Of a stretch of DNA of 64,000 bases, positions 29,539-41,473 are shown in pieces; positions within the stretch are counted from its first letter, which is position 1, and each line of letters starts with the position of its first letter. The translations under genes and the position numbers were made by a program. The notes beneath the pieces are model-generated. The model was not told the origin of the DNA, searched no databases, and worked only from the letters and a program-made list of their open reading frames with translations. Location of the stretch: the NCBI GenBank assembly GCA_037447605.1, contig CM074819.1, forward strand, positions 558,001-622,000. Direction: 5' to 3'. Source of the DNA: Zygnema circumcarinatum SAG 698-1b. Taxonomy: Eukaryota > Plantae > Zygnematophyceae.

Positions 29539-31775
29539 CTGCCTGACAGAAAATTTAACGCAGGGTAAATCTGACGTGAAATGAACATTCGACCCTCAAT
29601 TGTGTTCCTCCAATGGATGTGTTTTCTAGTTGCTCAATTGAACTTGAATATACGTAATAATAATATAAAAAAGGTGTGTAAATAGCACTCTCCTATATAT
29701 AATACTACAACTTAAATATGCGCATAGAAAAAGGCAAACTGAATCGACTTCCCAACAGTTCATGGTCACACCAATTGTTATTATTATGGAAGGACAATGT
29801 CCAACGTTTCAGAACCATTTCAGATTTGCCAGAATAACAGAATGTAACAGAATGTAACAGAGGAGAGAGCGAGAGAGAGAGAAGAGAGGGAGCGGGAGAA
29901 CGATTGAGGAGACACAGACCATTTGTTCCTCCCCGTTCTCCTCCAAATCATCCATAGGAAACTGTGTATATGTGCATACATTATTTACAGAATCGACATC
30001 GCTGCAGAGTACATTTGGAAACAACCCTAAAACCCGACAAACGTTCGCATCCCTGAAACCCTCAAATTCTCAAAATGGAGAGCAATACGTAACTGGAACG
30101 TAGCTTAAANNNNNNNNNNNNNNNNNNNNNNNNNNNNNNNNNNNNNNNNNNNNNNNNNNNNNNNNNNNNNNNNNNNNNNNNNNNNNNNNNNNNNNNNNNN
30201 NNNNNNNNNGAAGAGAAGAAATGAGGATAAAGAGAGGGAGGATGAATGGAGGAGAAAATTGAAAGGATACACAGAAAGTGGGCCGGACTGCTGCTTCAGG
30301 AAAGTTTCCAGCCAATTCCAAACCTCCCATTCCTGAAACATGGGAAGCCCTCCCACTCCCTCCCTTTCTCCATCCAACGATTCTCTCCCTCCCTTTCTCA
30401 TTCCCTTCCTCACGTTTCTCCCTTCGACCACTTCGTCCTCTCCCTCCCCTCCATTTCCAGAAAAGCTTTCATAAAACGTTGCTTTTCTTCTCTTCAGAGG
30501 TTGGAAAGAGAAATTTGCCCTCTCTCTCTCTTCCTCCGAACTACCCTCCATCTCCGTATCAATTAAGTGCTCTATTTTTGGCTGAATTTCACTTTCTTTG
30601 ATCTTAGTTCTTTTTGCGCTCCTATACTCCTCTCCTCTATCTCCTTCCTTCGTTCCTTCCACCTCCCTCTCCCTCAACCTCTCCCTCTCCCTCTCCTCCT
30701 CTTCAGATGGCCCTCTCTGTCCAAAAAGCCACCTTTGGCCTATTCGAGAAACTGCGAAAACCAAAAAGCATCTAGAAAAAGAAAAGGGTTAAAATAAAAA
30801 GAAATAGGAAAGAAATCACTGAAAATAAATAGACCCAAATTTACCCAAATGTAAAATCAACCAAGGGAAAAAACCCAAAGTAAGAAACAAAAAAGTCTAA
30901 TCATGTCCCATGTACTCACATGTTGAGATAATTGGCAGAGAAAGTGATTTTCCGACCACAAACTCACGTTTCCTCCTCCCACTCTCTCTCTCTCTCCCTC
31001 TCCCCTCCTCCCTCCCACCCTCCGGCTCCTTCTTCAACCTCCAACCCCTCCTCTTACTTTTCCTCCGCCCTATTCCGACCTCCGCCTCCCTCTCTCCCTC
31101 CCCTTCTGCCTCCTCCCTCTCCTCCTCCCTCTGCCTCTCCCTCTCCCTCTCTTTCTCCCTAACTCTCTCAACCCCTTCTTCAACGATTTCTGATTCTTTA
31201 CACTTTTTCGTATTTTGCGGAATTCCAAAATCTCCTTTCGGAGTTTTTGTATATGCCCTTTTACGGTTTAATTTTTCCGTAAATAGCGTTCCATGTCCCG
31301 TTAACATAAGAGCCCTTATACCACTACTAGGTCTCCCACCACTCTCTCTGACAGAGGGAGAGGAAAGGTCCACTCTCACTACCTCCACTCCCGCACAGAG
31401 GGAGGTAGCTGTGCCAGGGAGAGGAGGGACAGAGAGAGGGAGAGGAAGCCGTGAAGGTCTTAAATCAATAGAATTAAATTCGGAAAAAATCTCTTTGAAT
31501 TTATAAGGGAGGGAGAGGGGGGTGGGAGGGCTCCATGAGTATAAAGGCCAAGGGGAGTCCCAGCTTCTCTGTCTCTCTCCCGCTCCCACTCCCTCTCTCT
31601 GTTCTCTCCACTCTCTCCCACCTCTCTCCTCTCTCTCTTCTCCTTTCTGTCCCTCTCCCACATCTCCCTGCAAGGAGGAGTGGCCGTACGGAAACCACTT
31701 AAGGGCACCGCTGCCCAAACTGGCGGCGAGAATTGCTTTCCCTGCGGAGAGAGAGAGAGAGAAGAGAGAGAGGGG

Positions 31776-31811
<36 letters not shown>

Positions 31812-32201
31812 GAGAGAGGGAGAGAGAGAGAGAGAGAGAGAGAGGGAGCGAGAGAGAGAGAGAGGGAAAAAAGAGTGAGGGCGGCGAGAGAGAGTGAGAG
31901 AGACACGTGAATAAAAGAAAAGCAATGAAAGGAAAGTCTGTAAACTAAAAAAAATTGCGATGGTGAAAAAGAAGGGAGAAAGGGCGGGAATGTCGAGGGC
32001 GGAGGTGCAGAGGAGGCCAGAAAAGAGGAAAGGGAAAGGGGGAAATGGGCGGGGAAGCGAGGGAGGGGCAGGAGAGAAAGAGAGAGAGCGAGAGTGTGAA
32101 AGAGTGAGAGAGGAGAGCGAAAAAAAGAAAGAGGGGGTGAAAAAGAGAGAGACAGAGGGCGAGAGAGAGTGAGAGAGAAAGTGCGAGAGGGAGGGGGAGA
32201 A

Positions 32202-32233
<32 letters not shown>

Positions 32234-32666
32234 AAAAGAGAAAGAGAGAAGGGGTGAAAAAAAGAGAGACGGAGGGCGAGAGAAAGCGAGAGAAAGTGAG
32301 ATAGGGACGGAGAAAGAGAGAGACAGAGAGAAAGAGCGAGAGAGGGCGAAAGAGAGCGAGTGACTGACCATGGCAGCACACGTGTGACAGTTGTGACCGT
32401 TTTGCAGTCCGATGACATTCACATTCGGAGTAAATTTTGAGCAGTCGGGGCACCTCCTGCATGCGGTGCTCCCACTGCCCAAAATAGAAAAAAATCCCCC
32501 CAAAGAAAGAGATAGGGACACGATAGTAGAGGTAGTGAGAGAGATAAAGGTAGCGATAGGGACACAAGGGAAATATTACACGTCAAAAAAAAAAGGGGGC
32601 TCTACCCCTCCTTAGCCCCATTTTCCTCCACTCCTACCTCTCCTCTCCATTCTTCTCCCTCCCCTG

Positions 32667-32709
<43 letters not shown>

Positions 32710-34452
32710 TCAAACACAAACACACACAAAGGGCTCTACTAACCCTCCCCTTTGTGAATTTCCTATCCCCTTCGCCCATCTCTGTCACTCTCTATAACTC
32801 CTGCTGCTCCTCTTTCCTCCCTCCCTCCCTTTTCCTCCTTCCCTCTATCCCCTCTCCCCCTCCCACCTTTCTCTCACTCCCTCTCTCTCTCTCTCTCCCC
32901 CTACCTGCAGCAGCGGCATATTATATCTCCGAAGGTCATATAACAAAATTGTTCGAGTCGTTCCGACAGAAAATTCGAAGGACTGCCCGTCCCTTGCAGT
33001 CGCTAAAGCCCAAATGCGGCCCAAATCTGAAAAAATTCGTTCTTTTTCTTTGCTGCCCGGCTTATCGGCATCGACCTTTACTTTTTTCTCGTTATGATTT
33101 TCCATGTCCACCAACACTGTGGGGGCAGGAAAAGAATCTGCAAAAAAAGGGGAGAGAGAGAGGAGAAACTGCTTAATATTGAAGGAAGTTTGGTTTGAAT
33201 TCATTCATTGTCTCCCGCACACTCTCTCTCTTCTCTCCCTCCTCTCGCCCCCCCAACCTGCTCTACCCAATTCTCTCTTCTCTCTCTGTCTCTCCCTGCT
33301 CTTTTTTCCCTTCGCTTTCTCTCTCTCTATCTCTCCTTCTCAGCCTTCCCTCTCCCACCCTCCAACCTCTCCTCTCTTCCTCCTCTCCTCCTCGCCTCCT
33401 CTCCTCCTCTCCTCCCCTCCTCTTCTCCTCCCCCTCTCCTCCCCCTCTCCTCCCCCTCTCCTCCTCTCCTCCCCCTCTCCTCCNNNNNNNNNNCTCTCCC
33501 TTTCCTCTCCCTCTCCTCTCCCTCTCCTCCCCCTCTCCTCCTCCTCTCCTCCTCTCCTCCTCTCCTCCTCCCTCCCTTGCTTCTCTCCTCTCCCCATATC
33601 TTACCAGTCCCCGGCCGAGCCGGAGTCCGCAAGTCGACCAGTAAAATATTTCGCGAATTTCCAACTAACAAATTTCTCGGATTCCCTCCCGAAAACTCGC
33701 AGGTCCACCAAAGTTGATCTCCTCCCGGAGGGTGGATCCCCCCGATTTCTGAATTTCGAGTTGATCCAAAACTTTGCGCAACTCGGGTTTTTACCGAAAA
33801 ACCGCTAGACCGCACTTTCGTTTTAGGGCCCATTTTTTTCAAGTTGGATTTTGAAGTTCCAAAATCCGTATTTTTGAGATTGCCTGCTTCGATATCAAGG
33901 AGATGGAGTTTTCCAGTCTCCAATATGACAGCGCTTTGACCTAAAAAATTAGGGTTAAGGGCCACCTGAACCCTCCAGTGCAAATCACCCAAAAAGGAAA
34001 ATGTGATTTTTCTTCAAATGGGGCGATGGTTTTTCAAAAAATGTGTCTTGATTGGGTCCGAACGGATTACAGAACTATTTACGGAATTGCCCCGCAGGCT
34101 CCGTCTGCTGACCTGGTTAGCAACTGCATTTCCATGTGTACTTCTCCGTAGCCCATAAAAGTTACGGAACGCGGAACTGTGACATGGAACGCACATGTGA
34201 AGGCCGCTGCTTAAACGAAACGTCTACGGCCAAGTCCGCTTGCAACTGCCCCTCCTGCAAGCAGCCAACATAGATCGACCAGTTTCAGTTCCGTTCCGTT
34301 TCGTTCTGTTCGGATTACCTTACTTTGGACCTTACAACAGAAGATGGTGTTTCCGCATGTGAGTGTGAGTGGTTTTTCTCTCTCCTAAACTCCCTCTCTT
34401 TCTCTCTCTCTCCCTCTCTCTCACACACTCTCTCCCCCGTCTCTCTCTCTTT

Positions 34453-34495
<43 letters not shown>

Positions 34496-36353
34496 TTTTG
34501 TTGCTTTGCATACACTTACACGCTCGTTCGCCACAAGAAACTTCGTCCCATATTCCGTTCGTGCTGCCACAAGCGTTTCCATGGAGGCAGTCTCAGTTTC
34601 GACCGCATCCAACGGCGTTGCAGCCAACTGCTTCCATGCGGGTAACAGCGAGGTCAGCATAGAACACGGCCGAAGACCCTCAATCTCCATGTACTTTAGT
34701 TCTGCCTTCCGTTCAGTCAACATAGTCAACACGAGGAAGATCTTCTCTTCATGAAGTCAATGAAACCAACAACGTCAACAAAGTCAACAAAGTCAACAGA
34801 AAGAACGTCCAATCAATCTTTAGTCCCATCTCTGTTCCAATCAAGTTAATGTATCAAGGAATCCATCACGTCAATCAGTTTTACCGAAAGTCAACCAAGT
34901 CAGCAAAGTCACCAAAGTCACCAAAGTCAAGGATGACACGTGTACCTGCCAGATTCGTCCTCCAAGGCAGTCGCTCAGTACCCATTTCATCAAACGGCGA
35001 TCTTCATCCGAGCCGCCTTTAGAATTCAACGGATTTCCGTCTCCGTTAGGCGCATGGAACGGGCTGCTCTCCACGTGGAGCCCTCCCGTTGAACGGCTCT
35101 CCGTTTTCCGTTGGCATAGAACGCCTCCCAGATAAGAGCCGCAGGGTCCCGCGGGAAAAAACAAAGAAATTCGACCATCTCGCCCCTAAAGAAAAAAGAA
35201 AATAAAAAAAATTAAGACTATGTCCACACCCCTAACCGGTTTGTTCAACATGATGACATGTTTGTGGTGTCTGGTTACCATTACTGCTACACTGTCATGA
35301 TAAAAGGAGGAGAGGGAGGGGGAGCGGGAGTGAGGAGGGGATATGGGTAGAGGAAGGGAGGGGGAAAGAGTGAGGGAGAGGGGAGGGGGAATGGGGAGAG
35401 AGATAGAGAGAGATGGGAGGGGCAAGAGAGAGGGAGGGAGTGTGAGGGGGAATTGGAAGGGCGAGAGGGAAGGGAGGGGCAGAGGGGGAGGGAGAGGGGA
35501 GGGGAATGGTGAGAGAGATAGAGAGAGATGGGAGGGACAGAGAGAGAGGGAGAGCGGGGGAACTGGGGAGGGAGACAGGGAAGAGAGGGGTAGAGAGAGA
35601 GGGAGAGGGAAGGGAGAGAGGCGAGGGAGGGGCAGGGGTAGTTGTACAAGTTCAATCACCCTTGAACTCCAATAACATTAACTTTCTGACTAATTGAGTC
35701 TTTCAAACATTTGAATAGACTTGATACATACTCAACAAATAGCAGATGCTAAATAAATATTCATAGGTTGATTAAAAAATTAGCAAATTATTAGTAGATA
35801 ATGATGAGTTCTCTCTCACACCTGGATGCTTTGCAGCCGGTTTCCAATGCACTGGTCCGACCTCCCCAGAGAAGAATGCATCGCCTTGGCCTCTTCAAGG
35901 TTTCCATGAAGCCCTTCGAACGGAAACGGTTCAGTTTCAGTTTCGGCTAGAAAGTCCGCGACGCGCTGTGTGAGGTGTGAACCAATCGGAGATCGAAAAT
36001 CAGCAAAAAGCTTGCTGTGAATTGGAGCAATGGTGGCTAACCAGAGAACCCTAAAATGGTAACCAGAAAACTCTACAAATCGCATGTACTTGATCAACAA
36101 AGAAACAAAGGGGGAGAGGAAGAAGAAATTCAGCAATCTTTGAATCCTTTGAAAGCCTTTCAACATTCAAACTAGTCAGTACTCCACTTCTTGATCTTAT
36201 TTAAGTTGCTGAATGTTTTAATTGGTGTTTCTTTAGTTCAATAGTTTCTCTCTGCTTAATCTTCACCTTCCCCAGGGGCTCCTCCACGTCGTCTCGAAGC
36301 TCCAAACTGTCCCCTGCGAACAGAAGCTCTCCGGCACTTCCAGCAGCCGCCAT
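29539..36353 (-). CDS. TAF1C: TAF1C/RRN6-like subunit of the RNA polymerase I factor SL1/TIF-IB (beta-propeller protein)
   Basis: ATG 36353. Exons 36353-36267, 35965-35822, 35185-34946, 34627-34520, (34330-34319), 34254-34195, 33965-33605, 33137-32905, 32474-32369, 31741-30920, 30751-30273 are in phase. Motifs match plant TAF1C-like proteins as recalled: SLFFPAG, LVAARTEYG, HVALNP..SAVILETGKLHLLDI, WTCEFSGGNPRNLLVG..ILLVDLR, ILLYDLRRYNMPLLQWEH, AILAASL..FPYG. The 3' end is uncertain: gap at 30110-30209, candidate exons ~30002-29920 and 29570-29539. Confidence 0.75.
30110..30209. other. Assembly gap (100 N, true size unknown)
   Basis: N run. Similar 100-N gaps at 42786-42885 and 55720-55819; 10-N gaps at 9646, 11771, 24386, 33484, 38516, 61701 and 63649. 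Confidence 1.
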
Positions 36354-36785
36354 GTAAACCCTAAACCCTCAACACTAAACTCTAAACCCTAAAACCATCA
36401 ACCCTGACACTGAACCCTAAACCCTAAACACTAAACCCTAAACTCTAAACACTACATCTAAGCCCTTAATCCTCGACCCTTCAACCGTTGACACTGAACC
36501 AAAGCCCTTGGACCCTAAACCCTAAAAATTGGACCCTAGAACCTTCAACCATAGAACCTTGAACTCTGCAACCTCAGACTCTAAACACTACAACCCTAAA
36601 CCCTTAGTAAGTCCCGGACCCTAACCCCTAATCCTGAACCTGAACCGTGATCGTTGCCTTCAAACCCTAACCCTGCTACCAACCTTCAACACCCCAAACC
36701 TTGAAGACTGAACCCTAATTTTCTAACCTTCTAAACCTTGAACCCTAATTTACTAACCTTAAACCCTTAACCCTTAAACCCTAAT
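36354..36785. repeat. Degenerate telomere-like (AAACCCT)n array directly abutting the TAF1C ATG
   Basis: On the minus (sense) strand it reads gggtttagggtttacATG. About 430 bp. Confidence 0.88.
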
Positions 36786-37430
36786 TCCGTGACCTCTGCC
36801 TCAATTGGAAACAATTTTTTTTTCCAACGGGAAGATAGTCGTGGACCAATCCAATCCACGTCACCGGTCATGTTCCCGTCACGGAGACGTGTCGCAACAA
36901 AAAAAAGAAAATTGCCATTTTCCAGACAATCAAAATTCCTGAAAACCAGAAACCGAAAAACTGCCATCGATTGTCTGGTTTCGGTTCGCCATAACTGGCC
37001 AATACGAGCCTGCCACGTCAGTAAATATGACTCTCTATTAAAATGTAATATAAATATTTCTGCACACGTGACGCGTTTCGATAGGGCCATTGCTAAGCTT
37101 TTTAATTTTTTTTCAAATATCGATCAAAGTGCCACGTGGAAAATAATTGTACCCGTGGCGTGTTTCTATTGGAGGTTCGTCCGTATCTGGCCCCGCCCGT
37201 ACAGTTGACATGGAACCGTTTTCGGCGGGAACCCTGCACGGTAAACCGAAATTTTGTAAGGCGCGGACATGGAAAAGCGTACATGGAAACCTCCATCTCT
37301 CTCCGCTCGTGAGGGAGAGGATTTGTAACTTTTAGTTCGATAATTTGGAATTTAAGTTTCAGCTGTAAGATTAAGTAATAAATTTGAGCTGGGCTGGGAA
37401 GTTGAGTTTTAGATGCGAGGCTGGGTGAGT
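36786..37430. promoter_or_regulatory. Putative bidirectional promoter core between TAF1C and TAF1A
   Basis: Non-repetitive segment between divergent ATGs. CCAAT-N9-CCACG at 36999-37017; CACGTG near 37064 and 37133. Confidence 0.55.
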
Positions 37431-37485
37431 AGTAGGTGGGGGTCAGGGTGGGTGGGGTGGGGTGGGGTGGGGTGGTGGGTGGGGT

Positions 37486-37521
<36 letters not shown>

Positions 37522-37740
37522 GGGGTGGGGGGGGGTGGGGTGGGGTGGGGTGGGGTGGGGTGGGTGAGGTAGATGGGGTGATGAGGTGAGTGGGGTAGAT
37601 GGGGTGAGTGATGGGTGGCTGGGGCTAGGGTTAAGGTTAGGGTTAAGGTTTCGGAATTTAAGTTTAGGATTTAGGGTTAGGGTAAGGGTTAGGTTTAGGA
37701 TTTAGGGTTAGGGTTAGGGTTAGGGGTAGGGTTTCCTTTT
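37430..37740. repeat. (TGGGG)n/poly-G tract followed by (TTAGGG/TTTAGG)n array upstream of the TAF1A ATG
   Basis: Read directly; the array ends about 15 nt before ATG 37750. Confidence 0.85.
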
Positions 37741-37749
37741 TCCGTTGCA

Positions 37750-40700
37750 ATGTCAGGGTTGCGGAGGGTTAAGAGAGAGGTGAGCGAGAGAGAGGAAGGA
37801 GAGAGAGAGGAAAGTGAGAGAGGCAGACCAGTAAGGACGAGGCAAAGAGGGAGAGAAAGCAGACCCAGGGAGAGCAGTCCTGAAGCTACCATAAGCCATG
37901 GCGCCTCTCCTCCCCCCTCCTCCCGCAAACGGAAGCTCCCTCACTCCCCCTCCCCCTCTCCCACTCGCTCTCCCCCTTCTCTCCACTTGTCCCTCTCCCC
38001 TTCCCCCCCCCACCTTCCCCACCCTCCCTCCTTCCCGCCCTCCCCCACCTCCCCTCCCCGCACCCCTCCCAAAATCCTTGGACTCCCTGAACCCTGGCCC
38101 CACATGAGGACTCAGAGAAGCCCTATCAAGAATCGGATGTTCAAAGCCCTCCATTTACATTGGGACGTGCATGAGAACTATGAGAGGCTGCGCAGGCAGG
38201 GGTTTGACTCGTACGGACCTCCCAGTTTGGGCATGGATGGCCCGCACCAAGGGCTGCTGGAGAGGATGCTGAGGGAGGCCTTGGAGGGGGAGGAGATGGA
38301 GGCGGCGGCGGGAGTGGCGGCAGTGCTGAGGCTGAGAGCGGAAGGGTTGGAGAGGAGGATGGGAGTGAACGATGGGGGATGGATAAGGACGGTGAAGTGG
38401 GGGCGGTGGAGGAAGGACGAGGTGAGATGGGGAGGGGAGGGAGGGAGGGAGGGAGGGTGGATGGGAGGGAGAGAGGGGAGGGAGGGAGGGAGGGAGGGAG
38501 GGAGGGTGGATGGGTGGTTGGAGGTGCAGAGGATANNNNNNNNNNGAGGGAGGGTGGATGGGTGGTTGGAGGTGCAGAGGATATGGAGGGAGGGAGGGAG
38601 GGTGGATGGGTAGGTGAAGGGGCAGAGGAGATGGAGGGAGGGAGGGAGGGAGGGTGGATGGGTGGGTGGAGGGGCAGAGGAGAGGGAGGGAGGGAGGGAG
38701 GGAGTGTGGAGGATGGAGGGGGGGGAAGGGAAGCGAGGGGATGGGGGGAGGACGGGAAGAGGATGAGGGTAGGGAGAAGAGGGAGGAGTGAGAGAGGGTG
38801 AGACAAGTTGGGGAAGGGAGAGATAGGGGAGAGGGAGGGCGAGAGGGAGGAGAGATGGGGGAGAGGAGGGGGAGACAGAGGGCGAGCGGGAGGAGGGAGG
38901 GAGTGGGGGGTGGGGGATAGGGGGATAAGTAAAAGGGATAGCAAATGGATGGAGAAACTGATGCTAGGAGGGGAGGGATCTCTTATGGCACTTTTTGTTT
39001 GAGAATTGTTTTACGCGTTGCTCACGGACTCTCTCGCTGTCTCTCTCTCTCTCTCTTTTTGTTCTGGGGGGGGGGTGGAGGAGTAGTTTGCAGTTGACAT
39101 TGGCCTACGGGCAGGTCTAAGAAACTTTCCCCCATCCCAAGTGGAGAACTTCTTTAAGTCCCTCCATCGTACGACTATTGTAAGTGCCTTTTCTCTTTAC
39201 TGCTTTTGTGGATATTTTAGCCAAGTCCCGAAACAAAGTTTACACCAATTTCCTTTTTTGGGTTGATAGGGATTCTAGAATTGTATTGAACTTTTGGGTT
39301 CGTTTTTGTAGGCCCTTTTTAGGGATGCATGTTTTTTTCTTTTGTTTTTTTGCTTTTGGTCAACCTTTAAAATTTGAAGAAGGTTTGTGGAAAGATTTAG
39401 GGTAATGGATTTTTGTATGCAGGTAAAAAATCCAGTTTTAATTTCAAAACAAGCCCAACTGGAAAAGATTCTTGGATGCTATTATTTGGAGGAGGGCTAT
39501 TTGGATGAAGCTTTTGAGAGGTTCCGAAGGTGAGAGAAAAGTCATTAAATTCTAATTGGCACACTTTTTCTGCCTTCTCTCTCTCTCTCTTTCCTTTTTA
39601 CTCGCTTTGTATGTCTTTATTTCATCTCTACATTCTCCCTCTCTCCCTTTCCCTCGCCCTCCAAACTTGCTCCCTCTATCTATCTCTCCTTTTCTCTCGT
39701 TCTCACTTTCCCTCACGCTCTCTTTGCTCGTTTCCTCTCCCGCCCTCCCTCTATTCCCCTCCCTCCCTCCCTCTATTCCTCTCCCTCCCTCCCTCTATTC
39801 CTCTCCCTCCCTCCCTCTATTCCTCTCCTGCCCCAGCTCCAAGCCCTTACCCTCTCTATCCCTTTCCCATGTCTTCCTCATCCCACTCACTCAAAGTCCT
39901 TCCTTTCATTCCCCTTCTCTACACCCTCCCCCTCTCTCCCCTCTTCCCCTTTCCCCCTTCCCCTCCCCCTCCGCCTTTCCTCCTTCGCTCTCTCTCTCTC
40001 TCCCTCTCCCCCTTCTCCTCCCCCTCCCTCTACTTCGCCTTCTCCCCCTCTCTCTCTCTCTCTCCCATCCTTATGAACTGACTCATGCAGCTCTGCACTT
40101 CTCATTCTCAGCCCTTGTTGCTGCGCTGCATGTAAATCTTCCCTACCATCTCTAACCCATTCATTCTATGTCTCTCTCTCTGTGTTCCTTTTGCCTTTGT
40201 TTTTCTGTCGGTCATGTTCTATTCTCCGTTTTCATTCCGTTCCGTTCGCCGTTCCGTTCCGTTCCGTTCCGTTCCGTTCCGTTCTGTTCTGCAGTAATGC
40301 AGCGTCCCTTGTCAAAACTGACGGCGGCCACACACACTTTTTGGCCGGCCTGACCGCTCACCGTCTATGGCGAAAGGAAATTTTGAGGGTCTACCCGGAG
40401 AATCGGGCAGACCGGCCGGGCACAGAAAAAAATTGCGCAGAGGGTAGCTGTGAAAAATGTTCCGGTGCAAAGGTTCAAGCGGACGAGCATGGCGACAAAA
40501 GCAGTTTGAATGCGGCGTTTCTATGCGACTGGGTTGACGGAAAATGGCAGGAATCTCTGTGCATGGAACGGGAAGTGCGTAGTTTTCCGTTGAACGGAAA
40601 CCTGAACGCGGACATGGATGAGGGTGTCAGAGCCAGCCAATCAGAATGGCTGGACGAGATACAACCCGATTCGGAAATGGTTGTTTTGTGTAAACCAGGT

Positions 40701-41440
40701 AAAGTAGGCAAACCTTAAACTCTAAAACCCTAAACCCTAAACCCTCAAACCCTAAAAACCCTAAACCCTAAACCCGAAAAACTCTAAACCCGGAACCCTA
40801 AACCATAAAAACTCTAAACCCTAAAAGCTCTACAAACCTTAAACCTTGAAACCCAAAAAACCTTAAATCTTGAAACCCTAGAAACCCTAAAAACGTCAGA
40901 CCTTGAAACCCTAAATTCCACATGACTCGCAAGTTTTCGGACCTCTGAAACAATATTTTTTCTCTTGGAAAGAAAAATGTCACCAGCTTCCAAGGTTTCT
41001 AGCCTTTCTCTAGGGTTCAGGGCTCGTCTAAAAACTTTCAAAATCTCGATATTTTGCTTTTCAAACCGTTCCTTTCTGCTGAGGCCAAAAAGTCAAACTC
41101 CGTCAACGGTCAACGGGGTTGCAGATATGGACGTTGACCTTTTTCCGTTCCGTCTGCCGTCCACATGGAACGGTCAACCGTACCGTCTGAAGTCACAGAA
41201 ACGACAAAGCCAGTGGGGGCAGGAGGCGCGGAAACATCTGACGGAAAGCGTGAAACTGTGTCCGTACAGGCAGGCGGACCTCCTCCCGTTGGTGCAGGTC
41301 AGCTCGGGTTTAGGGTTTAGGGTTTAGGGTTAGGGTTAGGGTTGAGGGGTTAGGGGTTAGGGTTTAAGGGTTAGGGTTTAGGGGTTAGGGGTTAGGGTTT
41401 AGGGGTTAGGGATTAGTGGTTAGGGGTTAGGGGTTAGGGG

Positions 41441-41473
<33 letters not shown>

